From: a virus
DNA length: 50,347 nucleotides
Strand: one strand, 5' to 3'
IMG/VR virus record: IMGVR_UViG_3300027660_000001
In this document: positions 24,801 through 33,418 of the stretch, one piece after another
How the letters are laid out: each line of letters opens with the position of its first letter
Position numbering within the stretch: the stretch's first letter is position 1
Program-made: the position numbers and the translations under genes
The notes under the pieces: generated by a model
The model's database searches: none
What the model was told of the DNA's origin: nothing
Seen by the model: the letters and a program-made list of their open reading frames with translations, nothing else

Positions 24801-25619
24801 CGCCTCAACCGAAGTTCTTCCAATCTTTTTCAGATCTTCGTCAGAGGCTTTGACTGAAGCCTTGACGATCTTCCTCATGTGCTTTTCGATAACTGGATCA
24901 ACCTGGCCAACGTATTTGACCAGGGACTCGGCGGCGGCAGGATCTTTGACAGCCAATTCAGCGAGGTTCGACTGCATCTTGAGTTTCTGGGCGTTGATGC
25001 GAGCCGCCTTGGCCTGAGCAGCCTCGCGAACGGCCGCGGAGCGGGCTAGGCCACCTTCCCCACCGGCGGCTCCAGCCAAGGCTTGGATGCCGAATTCTTC
25101 GAGGCCTTCAACTCTTTGTTCAGCAGGAGAATCGCCAGCTACCTTTCGGGTAATCGTCTGGGCAGGCTTGACAGCGCCTTCTTCGACCAGCGCAGTGATA
25201 GGGGAGAACAGAAAGGCTAGGGCACCGATTCCAGTTTGAGCTAGCCCGCCCATTCCTTCGACGGCGGCTAGAGGTCCCTGAGCGTGCTTCATGTGCGCTA
25301 CGCCTTCGGACATAGAAGCTTCAGCCGAGGAGACTTCGGCTTTATAGGTCCTGCCATAATCGGTCTGTTCGAGCGTATCGCTAACCCAGGAAAGCGCCCG
25401 ATCGATCGCAGGCTTGAGGTCTTCAGCTCCTTTAGCAGACCGAATAGCCTTGGAGATTCCGCCAGAAACATCAAGCCGCGGCATGGAAGAAGGCTTGGCT
25501 GTGGCCGCAGGCGCAGCCCCCCTAGCCCGTTGTAAGGCTTGCTCCGGCGACAGCGCACCGCCGGCGGCGGGCGGCTTTCCGGCCATGGCCGCGAGAGCTT
25601 CTTCCGGGCTATAAGACAT
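21828..25619 (-). CDS. giant internal virion/ejection protein (1263 aa, T7 gp16-position)
   Basis: Largest ORF, sitting between the ejection-protein cluster and the fibre genes. No catalytic motif recognised by eye. Confidence 0.5.
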   Translation of the reverse strand: MSYSPEEALAAMAGKPPAAGGALSPEQALQRARGAAPAATAKPSSMPRLDVSGGISKAIRSAKGAEDLKPAIDRALSWVSDTLEQTDYGRTYKAEVSSAEASMSEGVAHMKHAQGPLAAVEGMGGLAQTGIGALAFLFSPITALVEEGAVKPAQTITRKVAGDSPAEQRVEGLEEFGIQALAGAAGGEGGLARSAAVREAAQAKAARINAQKLKMQSNLAELAVKDPAAAESLVKYVGQVDPVIEKHMRKIVKASVKASDEDLKKIGRTSVEADILTIKGAASESTTSAVEQHAEMLKRQMPAKEPQPETRSPKGKTSVGAPVADVVSDAARHAAMLRRMTPERLSAVMRTAVQEGYEAVNMTMTPEERAAHRESIARRRDAEEGMVHKFQPEVIPKNAAIREGEAAKRDAADPAPKDDGIVHFNMGIPVTKQQVSDAFNWLKEKSPSLKIAEAKLARVYEGIFETFNPEALGIDAKKAGVAVVQAKYEESRRQLLYWERGKDRRNYFIAMGKEVSLKFLEGAEKGIKFANKQWEENRLFYAKWNDDMYKQDMKTGLEYDPRDHYFAHIFVDGDGALNWLKGKYANRWADPRFIKERSFDLYKEAIAQGFTPKYTNPEEIMQARQHASDIAQLRTNLLADFEKRGIAIRAEKGKEVAPPGYYDKAARSPTGQRYWVKEAAQKILYNAYDSPTLWNLQGSPLARGTSQAFRGWMGAKNAVVPIKLMWSGFHPLHVTHIDAAADMTRAQELALTNPSAKNVRNLMTQLATGTPTSPVGAAGILYRAWWDNPRTGWPLLRFFQGKREFSSLSDADKAASFDMADGGFIPVRPKEETSGQMQKWKDAVRQHSSGAIFRLPMAALSGLNYPIYNLWIPSLKTAAYIKDVRAWREMNPKAADGERQMAFRGITRRVESRYGEMNYDTMLMHKMAKDIGTGLTLSLGWQLGLLDQYGGGAVDAAKLLVGKGSVREGTASRPLFVMNYVATALTIGGWMTYWLAHRKPEGILDYTNPDSGEKDEYGKPIRLNTPFYTHEGSSLTKHIQQEGVASGVSDFVWSKGSGMYDLSKTVLTGLNGLDNEIRDPKGAPFKQLEQTLQNMYGDFEPISMKDIGLQDESAAPKMRGLSVAGFSPAGKYIDRTAVEGQINAAFNDYVRPKKKPFQAVQMSKDTKELRRLFKSDKSEDGDKYEAKLDQMVKDYDLDPKDTAKMQKQFNKDQDFDINVYMFSKLQWAQQKPLLDQMKPEEREEYLRHVSKQKRAKYERESEE

Positions 25620-26761
25620 TAATTCTCAGTCTCTGGTTCATCATCATCTTCCGGGCCTTCACCTAAGGGATAAAGTCCGCCTTTAGGATATTGCTTGGTC
25701 GGGGTAGCATTGAAATGCATTGGGCCGTCAGGGGTATCGTACCACTTCCCATCTTCGAATTTGAACTTAGACTGTTCGTCCGGATCTGCCGGGATGATGA
25801 AAGCGTTCTTGGGTGAGGTGCCTTTACGAACGTACTGTTTAGCATCCGAAGGAATCCTTCCATCCCGCTTGGCGTTTTGAACAGCCTTGGCAACGGCGGC
25901 CGCCTGGTCAAGCCCGTCACGGTTTATAAAGGTTTCGGCGTCCAAGGCAACACCGCCTCGCTTGGCAATATCGCGTGCGTCGGCTGTAGACATGGTGTCG
26001 GCGGAATCCTTGACGATCGCGTCGGTTACAGCAGAGACGTTGGTTCCTTTGGGAATAAGCCCGGCACTACCGTACTTCCTTGCCACGCCTTCTTCCTTAA
26101 CCTTGTTCAGACTCGCCGCCGAATACCTCTGGGCTTCGAGAGCCTTTTCAGATTTCGTATGTGCCCTTTCCCATTCAGCCTTGGCCTTGTCGAGGTCTTC
26201 CTGCGCTTGGGAACGCTTTTTAACCGAGGCATCACGAAGTTCTCGCACGAGCTGCGGAGAATACTTTTGATTCTTCATCGCACTCGGCGTCCCAGTCATC
26301 ATCTCGACGTGAGAGTTCATCTGGTCCCAGAGGCGCTGACCCTCCTCGGGGGATACGTCGTCAGGGATTGTACCGAGAAGCTGATCAGCATACTTGGTCT
26401 GCTGTTCTACCAACTGCGCCCGCTTGGTAGCGGCGTTTAGCTGCTGAGTAGCTATCGCAGAACCCTTAGAAATCGCCTCTATGGCTTCCTCGGGAAGCCC
26501 AGCCTTAGCAGCGGCTTCCCCAATCTCCATCAGGGTGTTGGAAGCCTCGGTTAAAGGATTCTGGCCTGGTGGGATCTGGGACATCTTGCCCGCCAACAAA
26601 TCCGCCATTTGCTGGCGGCGGGAAAAGTCACTCGTCGCGATTTTGAGCGCGAGCTTTTCCTTCTCGAGTTTGATTGGGGCTTCCTGGATCAGGAATTTGT
26701 TGAGTTGAAATTCCTGGCCAGAGAGAGCGCCTTGGATAAAGGGTTTGGAGAGGTCGTCCAT
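25619..26761 (-). CDS. internal virion protein (380 aa, helical; gp15-position)
   Basis: Track ORF. TAATG overlap with the giant ORF. Confidence 0.45.
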   Translation of the reverse strand: MDDLSKPFIQGALSGQEFQLNKFLIQEAPIKLEKEKLALKIATSDFSRRQQMADLLAGKMSQIPPGQNPLTEASNTLMEIGEAAAKAGLPEEAIEAISKGSAIATQQLNAATKRAQLVEQQTKYADQLLGTIPDDVSPEEGQRLWDQMNSHVEMMTGTPSAMKNQKYSPQLVRELRDASVKKRSQAQEDLDKAKAEWERAHTKSEKALEAQRYSAASLNKVKEEGVARKYGSAGLIPKGTNVSAVTDAIVKDSADTMSTADARDIAKRGGVALDAETFINRDGLDQAAAVAKAVQNAKRDGRIPSDAKQYVRKGTSPKNAFIIPADPDEQSKFKFEDGKWYDTPDGPMHFNATPTKQYPKGGLYPLGEGPEDDDEPETEN

Positions 26762-26771
26762 AGGATTGACT

Positions 26772-27449
26772 CTATTGTAGAATGTAGCCGCCTTGAGACA
26801 TGCCTGCTACTGCAGTTCCGCCGCCGGCGGCAGGATCACCGCTGTAACCTCCTCCACCGCCGCCCGAATTCCCGAAGAACGACAACAACCCTCCAAGAGA
26901 GGCAAGGTTTCCAGCTCCAGCCTGAGCAGCCCCTGACGCTGTTCCAGCCGCCGCCGTGGGGTTAAACCCAGTTCCAGACATTCCGGCGAGCAACTGTTCC
27001 TGTTGCAACAACTGTTGCTGACCGAACCCCTGGCCAAAGGTTTGGAGCGCTGTCGCCTCATTCCCCGAATTCGGCCCGAAGGCCGAGGCGTTCTGGCGGG
27101 CTACGGCCTGGGAACCCTGGGCCGCGGAAGCTTGATAGACTGGAGAATTAAAAAAAGACCCTGGGTCAGTGATCAACTGTTGAAGCGAGCCGAAGGCTTG
27201 ATTTTGCTTCGATGCCTGGTTTCCCTCTAAGCTTAGTTGCTGGCCAGCAATCCCAGCCTGAGACATCGTACCGTAGATCGAGGCTCCGGCACTTATTAAA
27301 CCTCCAGCAACTACAGCGCCTCCAACTGCAGCGGCGGCTGTAGAGATTCCGAGGGCTACTGCGATGTCTGCAAAAACCTTCGTTGCCTTCACGTGGTCGA
27401 ACCACTGACCGTTGGCCAAAGCCCTTTCAAACTTTCTCAGTTTTTGCAT
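26772..27449 (-). CDS. Gln/Gly/Ala-rich membrane-anchored internal virion protein (225 aa; gp14-position)
   Basis: TM-like FADIAVALGISTAAAAVGGAVVAGGLISAGASIYG, then a Q/G/A-rich low-complexity region ending in a GGGGGG tract. SD caggagat. Confidence 0.45.
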   Translation of the reverse strand: MQKLRKFERALANGQWFDHVKATKVFADIAVALGISTAAAAVGGAVVAGGLISAGASIYGTMSQAGIAGQQLSLEGNQASKQNQAFGSLQQLITDPGSFFNSPVYQASAAQGSQAVARQNASAFGPNSGNEATALQTFGQGFGQQQLLQQEQLLAGMSGTGFNPTAAAGTASGAAQAGAGNLASLGGLLSFFGNSGGGGGGYSGDPAAGGGTAVAGMSQGGYILQ

Positions 27450-27868
27450 TCTATCTCCTGAGGGATAATCTCATTCCCTACGCCAAAGCGAGAAGTTGGA
27501 TCAAACTCAGTAAGCTCAGCTTCGATCTCCTTCAAATCGGTTTTATCTGTTCGGAAGACTCCAGCGAAAATGGTATCCTCTAACGTTAATCCTGCCCGAC
27601 GGGTGCCAGGGCCGCATATAAGAGTCATCCCAGCACGGAGGGTTACGATACCCTCGTCCATAGTGACTTCGGCCAGGCCCTTGAGGACCATAAAGAAGTG
27701 CTGCTTTTTATGCCGGCGGCCAACGAAGGCCGTGCCGGCGGGGATAAAGGTCTGCCGCACGTAGATCCCGTCGAGCAGAAAGTGCTGGGTTGGGACCTCG
27801 ACTTGAGGAAGATTCGCCGCCGCAATCTTCAAGGCCTGAATCTTATCCTGCATTGGGACGATGCTCAT
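27437..27868 (-). CDS. cupin-like (double-stranded beta-helix) protein (143 aa)
   Basis: The HFLLDGIYVRQTFIPAGTAFVGRRHKKQHFFMVLKGLAEV pattern resembles cupin motifs. By eye only. Confidence 0.4.
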   Translation of the reverse strand: MSIVPMQDKIQALKIAAANLPQVEVPTQHFLLDGIYVRQTFIPAGTAFVGRRHKKQHFFMVLKGLAEVTMDEGIVTLRAGMTLICGPGTRRAGLTLEDTIFAGVFRTDKTDLKEIEAELTEFDPTSRFGVGNEIIPQEIECKN

Positions 27869-28122
27869 GTTGGGTCCTGGACGGCGGTAAGGATTCCGTT
27901 GGTGAAGGTCAGAGAGCCGTTAGCGCCGCCGCCCGTCAGTTTCGCCACCGGAACGACCACAGACTGGGCGGCCAGCTGGCCCCGCGAGTTATTCACCGCC
28001 GGGGGATAGCCTTGGTTCAAGAGGCTGGCCAGATTGGTGAAGAGCTGAAGCCAAACCAGCACGAAGGTCTTGTGCTCTCCAGGAAGCGGCGGCACGGCCG
28101 AGGGTACGTGGAATAGGTCCAT
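27865..28122 (-). CDS. hypothetical virion protein (85 aa)
   Basis: Track ORF with overlapping start and stop codons on both sides. Confidence 0.5.
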   Translation of the reverse strand: MDLFHVPSAVPPLPGEHKTFVLVWLQLFTNLASLLNQGYPPAVNNSRGQLAAQSVVVPVAKLTGGGANGSLTFTNGILTAVQDPT

Positions 28123-29708
28123 TACAGAACTCCAATATCCATCTGTAAGTCAATAGATTTAATTCTCAAAGCTGTGTTGGCAAAATGCCGCAGGTGATAA
28201 GCCCGGCGGTAGAACGACCCCTCGTCGTTGAGGATAGGGCGCTTAATCGATAAGTCTATCGAGCGAGGGTTGGTCCAGGATTGATAGTCGTCGTCGCTCG
28301 AACGGATCTTGAGTTTAGACCCTCTGGTCTGATCGGCGTTGAAGCGCATCTGGGAAAGGAATTTCTCTCTATCCACTCCAGCATCGAAGTTCGGGGTGTA
28401 AATATCGACAGGGACTAGGTTGCCAAAGTCATTTGGGTAGACGTAATCCGGCTGCATTTGATAGATGTTTCCAGAAACCATCTGATGCCATTCGATGGAA
28501 GCGGGGCCAGCACGGGCCACCACGGGGTAATAGTTTCCGTTGTAGTCAGTCCACAGGTACCAGAGTTGTTCGCTGATATCGTAAACCATAGTCACGTTGG
28601 TGGTGACGTTGGTAAGGACGTAGAAACGGTGGCCGGCGTGCTGGTAGGCGAGGGAATAGAAACTACCGCCCTGGTCGAGGTCCAAGGCTCTCTCAATCGC
28701 CGGGGTAGAGATGAATTTGGCATTAAGGTTTTCAACCATCACAACGCGAGACGTGCCGACCTTGGACTGGGTGGCCCAGAAGAGCACCCCGTCGAGGTCG
28801 CAGAAAGTGTCGGCGGAAATACAGCCGAAGTTGTAGAGCGCGCCGGGGAGAGGACTGAGAGATGAGCCGAAAGAGTTCCCAGCATCGTAGTAGAACTGGG
28901 TGGTCCAAGTTTTGATCGCAACGACGTAGACGAGCTGGCGAGCGAGCTGAACAGCCACGTCGGCGTCTGAGGCGGCAGTGATGAAATCCAAAGGGCTCCA
29001 AGAGCCAACTCCAGTGACCTGATTTTGATTCGTGGTTTCCCAGATTTTGCCTGAATAGTCCATAGCGTAGACGTAGCCGTTGAGATAGACGAATCCAGGA
29101 ACGGTGTTGGAGGGGAAGCCGGAAGAATCTCCGCCGACGAGGGTGATGACGTTTCCATTCTGGAACACGTAAACACGGCTGGAACTCGCGGCGGTGGTAT
29201 TATCTCCGCCGAACATGATAGTAGGCGGGGAGGTCGGGATACCGAGGAACTGAAATCTGTTACCGGTAGCGTAGGAGACGGTAGGGGTAGTGAGGTAGGT
29301 TATGCCGGAAGTACCTCCTAGAGAATCTGTGAGGATAAAGTAAACGCCTCCACTGGCGATGAACAGGGTCAGGTAGTTCTTGCCTACGTACGGAGCGCTG
29401 CCAAAGAGCTGAACGTATTCGTAGGTGAACAGCCCCTGGCCTACCGCCGAGGAGGAAGGGACTGGAGGCAACCCATGGCCTCGGGGTTCGATGAAAGAGC
29501 TGACTATAGGAACAGGATTGAACCCGGGACGCTTCTCAATCTCGTATTCGTTGGTGAGCTTGTTCTTTTCCGCGTAAGCATTGACCAGGCGAGCATCCTT
29601 GAAGAAACTCCCATCCCTGGAATCCAGGGTATTGACCAGCGGCCACCGATGCGGGATCTGCATCGAGCGAGCTTGGGACAGGGAGAGTTCTTGAGGGGCT
29701 TCAGGCAT
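28122..29708 (-). CDS. tail tubular protein B-like (528 aa)
   Basis: Lies directly after the gp11-like gene (TAATG overlap). Size and synteny match podovirus nozzle proteins. Confidence 0.5.
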   Translation of the reverse strand: MPEAPQELSLSQARSMQIPHRWPLVNTLDSRDGSFFKDARLVNAYAEKNKLTNEYEIEKRPGFNPVPIVSSFIEPRGHGLPPVPSSSAVGQGLFTYEYVQLFGSAPYVGKNYLTLFIASGGVYFILTDSLGGTSGITYLTTPTVSYATGNRFQFLGIPTSPPTIMFGGDNTTAASSSRVYVFQNGNVITLVGGDSSGFPSNTVPGFVYLNGYVYAMDYSGKIWETTNQNQVTGVGSWSPLDFITAASDADVAVQLARQLVYVVAIKTWTTQFYYDAGNSFGSSLSPLPGALYNFGCISADTFCDLDGVLFWATQSKVGTSRVVMVENLNAKFISTPAIERALDLDQGGSFYSLAYQHAGHRFYVLTNVTTNVTMVYDISEQLWYLWTDYNGNYYPVVARAGPASIEWHQMVSGNIYQMQPDYVYPNDFGNLVPVDIYTPNFDAGVDREKFLSQMRFNADQTRGSKLKIRSSDDDYQSWTNPRSIDLSIKRPILNDEGSFYRRAYHLRHFANTALRIKSIDLQMDIGVL

Positions 29709-30448
29709 TAGCGGAATCTCCCACGGAATTGAGCTTCACGCTGGTCAGGCTGGAACATGGTGTCGGCGTCTTCAACGTCCCAGTCCTCGAGGGCGGCTTG
29801 GTACTTGGCGGACATCGCGGCCGCGCGAGCCTGGATGGCGATGGGAGTGCCGGTGGAGATTTGCTCGGCCAGACCCCATTCAAGCAGCAATCCCCATTCG
29901 ATGGGGAAATTCATCTGATCTGTGATGCCGATGAAGTTGGTGACCGGGACCTCGAGCATTAGGTGAGCGGTGCCATTGGTCGCCTCGTAGGTCGAAGGCG
30001 GCATCCAGAAGTAGACGTTGAGGGTTAATTGCTGTTTGTCCACCGCGTAAGAGTTGATCGACCCAGGCTGCAAGAGGGTTGAGAGCCTCTTGTATTCGTC
30101 TGGGTAGGACAGCAAGATCAAGGGTCGCTGGGTGCCTGAGGTGTTGAGGTAATAGCCAGAAAGCACCCTCAAGGGCTTGGGCATCGGAACTGTCCCTGTT
30201 GGCCCAAAGGTATAGAGAGCCACGCCTTGGGTCGATGAAATCGGCGGGAGGAGCGTAATGGCTTGGTCCTGGACTAGCCAGAGCTTTAGCCCTTGGGTCA
30301 TGTAGAAGTTGATTAGCTTGTTCAGCCGCCGAGTATAATCGACTATGATCTCGCTATCCGGGCTGCTCCCAGCCGCCAGTTTACCCACGTCCTTCATCGC
30401 ATCGCAGATGATCCCGTAGGCGTTCATGATGGTGGAGGGCGTGGTCAT
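29708..30448 (-). CDS. tail tubular protein A / adaptor (T7 gp11-like)
   Basis: The N-terminus IICDAMKDVGKLAAGSSPDSEIIVDYTRRLNKLINFYMTQGLKLWLVQDQAITLLP parallels T7 gp11 VNDILASIGEPPVSTLEG...RRILNKINRQIQSRGWTFN..ITLLP. Confidence 0.6.
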   Translation of the reverse strand: MTTPSTIMNAYGIICDAMKDVGKLAAGSSPDSEIIVDYTRRLNKLINFYMTQGLKLWLVQDQAITLLPPISSTQGVALYTFGPTGTVPMPKPLRVLSGYYLNTSGTQRPLILLSYPDEYKRLSTLLQPGSINSYAVDKQQLTLNVYFWMPPSTYEATNGTAHLMLEVPVTNFIGITDQMNFPIEWGLLLEWGLAEQISTGTPIAIQARAAAMSAKYQAALEDWDVEDADTMFQPDQREAQFRGRFR

Positions 30449-30455
30449 GGGTGGG

Positions 30456-30845
30456 TTACTGCTTGGTCAGATCAAGGATGATGAAGAAACCCATGTTCTT
30501 TTCCGTCACCTTGAAAGAGGTCAGTGCGATCCCGAGGGAGTTCTCGGGGCTAGAGATGGCCTGGATCTTCTCCAGGTCAAATCCGCCGCGGGACTCAAGG
30601 GGCATAATGAGGTCCAGAGGCTGTGGGATGCCCGCCGGCTTTATCTCCCCCATTAGCCACCAGAGATAGAATCCCATTTTCTCCTGGATCGAGAATTGAA
30701 CGCTGTCGATCCGAAGGCGACGCGGGGTGCCGTTTAGGTCGGCGAAAAACAAGACTGGCTCGGGTTTTGGAAGATCAGCAGAGAGCAATCCGGTGACGGT
30801 TGCTACACAGTGATTCCCTCCGTCCGAGCCAATCTTGACTTTCAT
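30456..30845 (-). CDS. hypothetical structural protein (129 aa)
   Basis: Track ORF in the capsid-tail junction block. Confidence 0.5.
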   Translation of the reverse strand: MKVKIGSDGGNHCVATVTGLLSADLPKPEPVLFFADLNGTPRRLRIDSVQFSIQEKMGFYLWWLMGEIKPAGIPQPLDLIMPLESRGGFDLEKIQAISSPENSLGIALTSFKVTEKNMGFFIILDLTKQ

Positions 30846-31685
30846 TCAGCGCTCCTTGGCGGCGAAGATAAAGTCGGCGTAAACGGTCTGCGTGGTTCCG
30901 GTGGCGATAAGGCCGTAGGTCAGGCCGTTAGTCGTGGGAGTCCAGGCACCAGAGACTCCAGTTTGGTAGGCCGCGCAAGGGCCTAAGGGACCGGGAGAGG
31001 CGTTGACGTTGTTTACTCCGGTCCAGGCGCTCTGAGGTGTCCAGCCGAAGAGGGGGAAATCGAAATAGGCATAGACGTTCTGGAGACGGTCCATGTAGAA
31101 GCCAAGGTCAACCCACTGAGCATTGGCATAGGGGATTGAGGTCAAGGCCGCCGCGGGGATCGGAACGGTCCAGAGGAGGGTTGAGGCGTTGTAGGCTGAG
31201 AGCGCGACGGTGGTCAGGTTGGTGAGGGTGAAGAACAGGCCGTCGGTCGGCAGCGCTGTCGTGGTGGCCGCCGGCATCAGGCCAGCGTAGAGCGTGGTCG
31301 TAGCGACAGCGGTTAGATTAATCCTGGTGTGGAAGAAAACCTTCTTCGAAGGGAAGAGGGTGGCGGTTAGACTGGTTCCGGTGTACAAGGCAGGAGGAAG
31401 GAAGAAGTTGTTCCTCCCTCCGATCACCCCGGCGGTTCCGGCTCCGGCGCTCGAGGTAGTGAGTAAGAGCTGGCCGCCGTCCCCAGGGGTCAGAGCGGCG
31501 GCCGCCCCCGTTCCTGAGAGAACTGTAGACACGTTCCCATCGCTGGCCAGGGTCTCGAAAAAGTCATCGAAGAGGGTTTGGTACATGAAGGGGTTGGGCT
31601 GGCCGTAGTCACCTAAAGGCCCCCACTTGTAATCGGTAGAAACGCCAGAAGGAAACCGAGCTGGTGACTGGGACGGAGTTGTCAT
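30846..31685 (-). CDS. virion structural protein (279 aa; possible capsid decoration/jelly-roll)
   Basis: Follows the capsid gene. SD gaggagat. Thr/Ala/Gly-rich beta-type sequence. Confidence 0.45.
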   Translation of the reverse strand: MTTPSQSPARFPSGVSTDYKWGPLGDYGQPNPFMYQTLFDDFFETLASDGNVSTVLSGTGAAAALTPGDGGQLLLTTSSAGAGTAGVIGGRNNFFLPPALYTGTSLTATLFPSKKVFFHTRINLTAVATTTLYAGLMPAATTTALPTDGLFFTLTNLTTVALSAYNASTLLWTVPIPAAALTSIPYANAQWVDLGFYMDRLQNVYAYFDFPLFGWTPQSAWTGVNNVNASPGPLGPCAAYQTGVSGAWTPTTNGLTYGLIATGTTQTVYADFIFAAKER

Positions 31686-31697
31686 TCAAATCTCCTC

Positions 31698-31713
31698 GCG
31701 GCCCGAAGGCCGC
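31698..31713 (-). terminator. stable GC hairpin with UUCG tetraloop downstream of the capsid gene (attenuator/RNA stabiliser candidate)
   Basis: On the minus strand the sequence reads GCGGCC-uucg-GGCCGC. No U-tract. An alternative 7-bp pairing CCTCGCG (31694-31700) / CGCGAGG (31725-31731) overlaps the SD of the next gene. Confidence 0.4.
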
Positions 31714-31770
31714 TTTGGTGAAAGCGCGAGGAATGGTGTGCGTAGAGAATGCATGGATAATACACGTATA

Positions 31771-32691
31771 CTATGGGCCGTTACTGCCGAGTATGCTCCT
31801 TGGGTCTGTTACCCCTGCCGAGGCCATGAATATCGTGGCAGATTTGGCGTTCTTGGTGTCGTAATCGTTGTCTTGGTCAAACTGCGGACGCAACCTCCAA
31901 AACCACTTCGGCCCGTGCATACAGTTGGTCCGGACGAACCAGGCATGGGGAGCGGTGAGGTAATGGTTGAGCTTCAATCCCTTGGGGAACGCGTTGGTCA
32001 TCTTGATGACGTTGGGATCGTTATTTGCAGTTCCGGACTGCAAGACACTCTTCATCAGCCGATTGCCATTAAACCATTCTTGGCGGGCCACATGGAGGCT
32101 CTGGGGCATGATGGAGACCAAAAGGCCGCGGTCAGTTGGCAGCCCCATAGCCAGAATGCACATATCCTCGAGCGAGGCTTCGGTCATATCAGCCCCGGGG
32201 CTCAAGGCATTGGCAAAGGTGCCGCCTGTGGTGTTGGGCTGGGCGACTCCGCAAAGCGATTGGCCTGTGGCGAATTGAAAAACGTTGCCGGTGAAGGCGT
32301 CGTTGTAGACGCCGGCGGCTAGGTTCTCCACCGTCTGGCGGATCGAAAAGGCATTCGCCTCGGCACGGTCGTAAGACACCTTGTCGTAGAGATTGTTCAT
32401 CAACTCTTCGAGGGTGACTTTGTAGCCCAGACCATAAGCGAGGTGAGTGTAACGCTGAACTGGACCCTGGGTTTCGTAATCGTAGCTAAGAGGCCCTCCC
32501 TCCGCCTTGATCGGGGCGAGGCCGAAGCCTGTGACTTGGACCTCTTCCTCGTAAGCCTGCTCGCTCTCTCTCACATCAAAGAGATCCGAAAACTCCTCTG
32601 TATGTTCTGCATAAGTCTGGCCCCAAAAAGCCAAGACGCCCGGCCACAACGCTTTAGGATGTGACCCAGTATTGATAACTCCTCCGGCCAT
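31771..32691 (-). CDS. putative major capsid protein (HK97-fold type)
   Basis: 306 aa. SD taggagaa. Sits at the T7 gp10-equivalent position. The N-terminal KALWPGVLAFWGQTYAEH...GFGLAPIKAEGGPLSYD...YTHLAYGLGYKVTLEE pattern resembles podovirus coat proteins. Followed by a stable hairpin. Confidence 0.6.
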   Translation of the reverse strand: MAGGVINTGSHPKALWPGVLAFWGQTYAEHTEEFSDLFDVRESEQAYEEEVQVTGFGLAPIKAEGGPLSYDYETQGPVQRYTHLAYGLGYKVTLEELMNNLYDKVSYDRAEANAFSIRQTVENLAAGVYNDAFTGNVFQFATGQSLCGVAQPNTTGGTFANALSPGADMTEASLEDMCILAMGLPTDRGLLVSIMPQSLHVARQEWFNGNRLMKSVLQSGTANNDPNVIKMTNAFPKGLKLNHYLTAPHAWFVRTNCMHGPKWFWRLRPQFDQDNDYDTKNAKSATIFMASAGVTDPRSILGSNGP

Positions 32692-32707
32692 GAGATTCTC
32701 CTAAAGG

Positions 32708-33406
32708 TTAGAAGCCTGCAACCGTGCCTTCGTAGACATGGTTGATGAGTTTGACCAGCCATTTGGCATAAAGGCCAAAGGTGTTCCACGAGGCGGTTTG
32801 CGGGTCGAGCCGCTGAGACAGACCCATCATACGCAAGAAGTAGCCGTTGGTGACGGTGCTTGAGGTTTGAGGGGTGTGGCCAGAGGAAACGCCGTTGTCC
32901 AAGGTCGTGCCGCTGATCGCGACGCCGGCCGCGGGGGCGCCGTAGACGAACGAAGCGTTTTTCGACGTTGCAGTGTAGGTCAAGGAAGTTGCTGGCGTAG
33001 TACCAGCCCCGGTTTCCTGGATCTCGAAAACGACCTTGGGATCGTCAACGACCAGGGCGAAATAGTTCTTCACCTTGGTGGCAGGGACGCTCAGAAGGGT
33101 CAAGTTTGTCGGGTCGATGTAAGGACCGCCGCGGAGGCTCGTCGTTGTGTTGGGCGAGGCGCCGAAGGCGATCGCCACGCCAAGGACAAGAGTCGAAGAG
33201 GCCGCGAGGGTCAAGTCGATCGCTTGAAGCCCAGACCACTGATCCAGCCCCGCCACCGGGGAAACTAGATCGCCTGGACTGAAAGCGTTCGTCGAGGTTG
33301 AAGAGATGAAATAAATGTTTGCTTGTCCATTCCAGTCAGACCCGTTCAGGTACTTTACGGGCGTTAGGCCGGAAGGTTTATTCTGATTTGTGACCGTGTT
33401 GGCCAT
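32708..33406 (-). CDS. abundant-looking structural protein (232 aa; function unknown)
   Basis: Strong SD aggagg. Ser/Thr/Gly-rich beta-type sequence directly upstream of the capsid gene. Confidence 0.5.
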   Translation of the reverse strand: MANTVTNQNKPSGLTPVKYLNGSDWNGQANIYFISSTSTNAFSPGDLVSPVAGLDQWSGLQAIDLTLAASSTLVLGVAIAFGASPNTTTSLRGGPYIDPTNLTLLSVPATKVKNYFALVVDDPKVVFEIQETGAGTTPATSLTYTATSKNASFVYGAPAAGVAISGTTLDNGVSSGHTPQTSSTVTNGYFLRMMGLSQRLDPQTASWNTFGLYAKWLVKLINHVYEGTVAGF

Positions 33407-33418
33407 AAATAAAACCTC

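Noticed and set aside
31761-31770. Recurrence of the TACACGT(G/A)TA motif (4391-4400, 31761-31770) and ACGT-centred boxes at 16763/16789 as a shared regulatory site
   Set aside because: A 9/10 match of a 10-mer is expected by chance in about 100 kb of two-strand sequence, and the contexts are unrelated.
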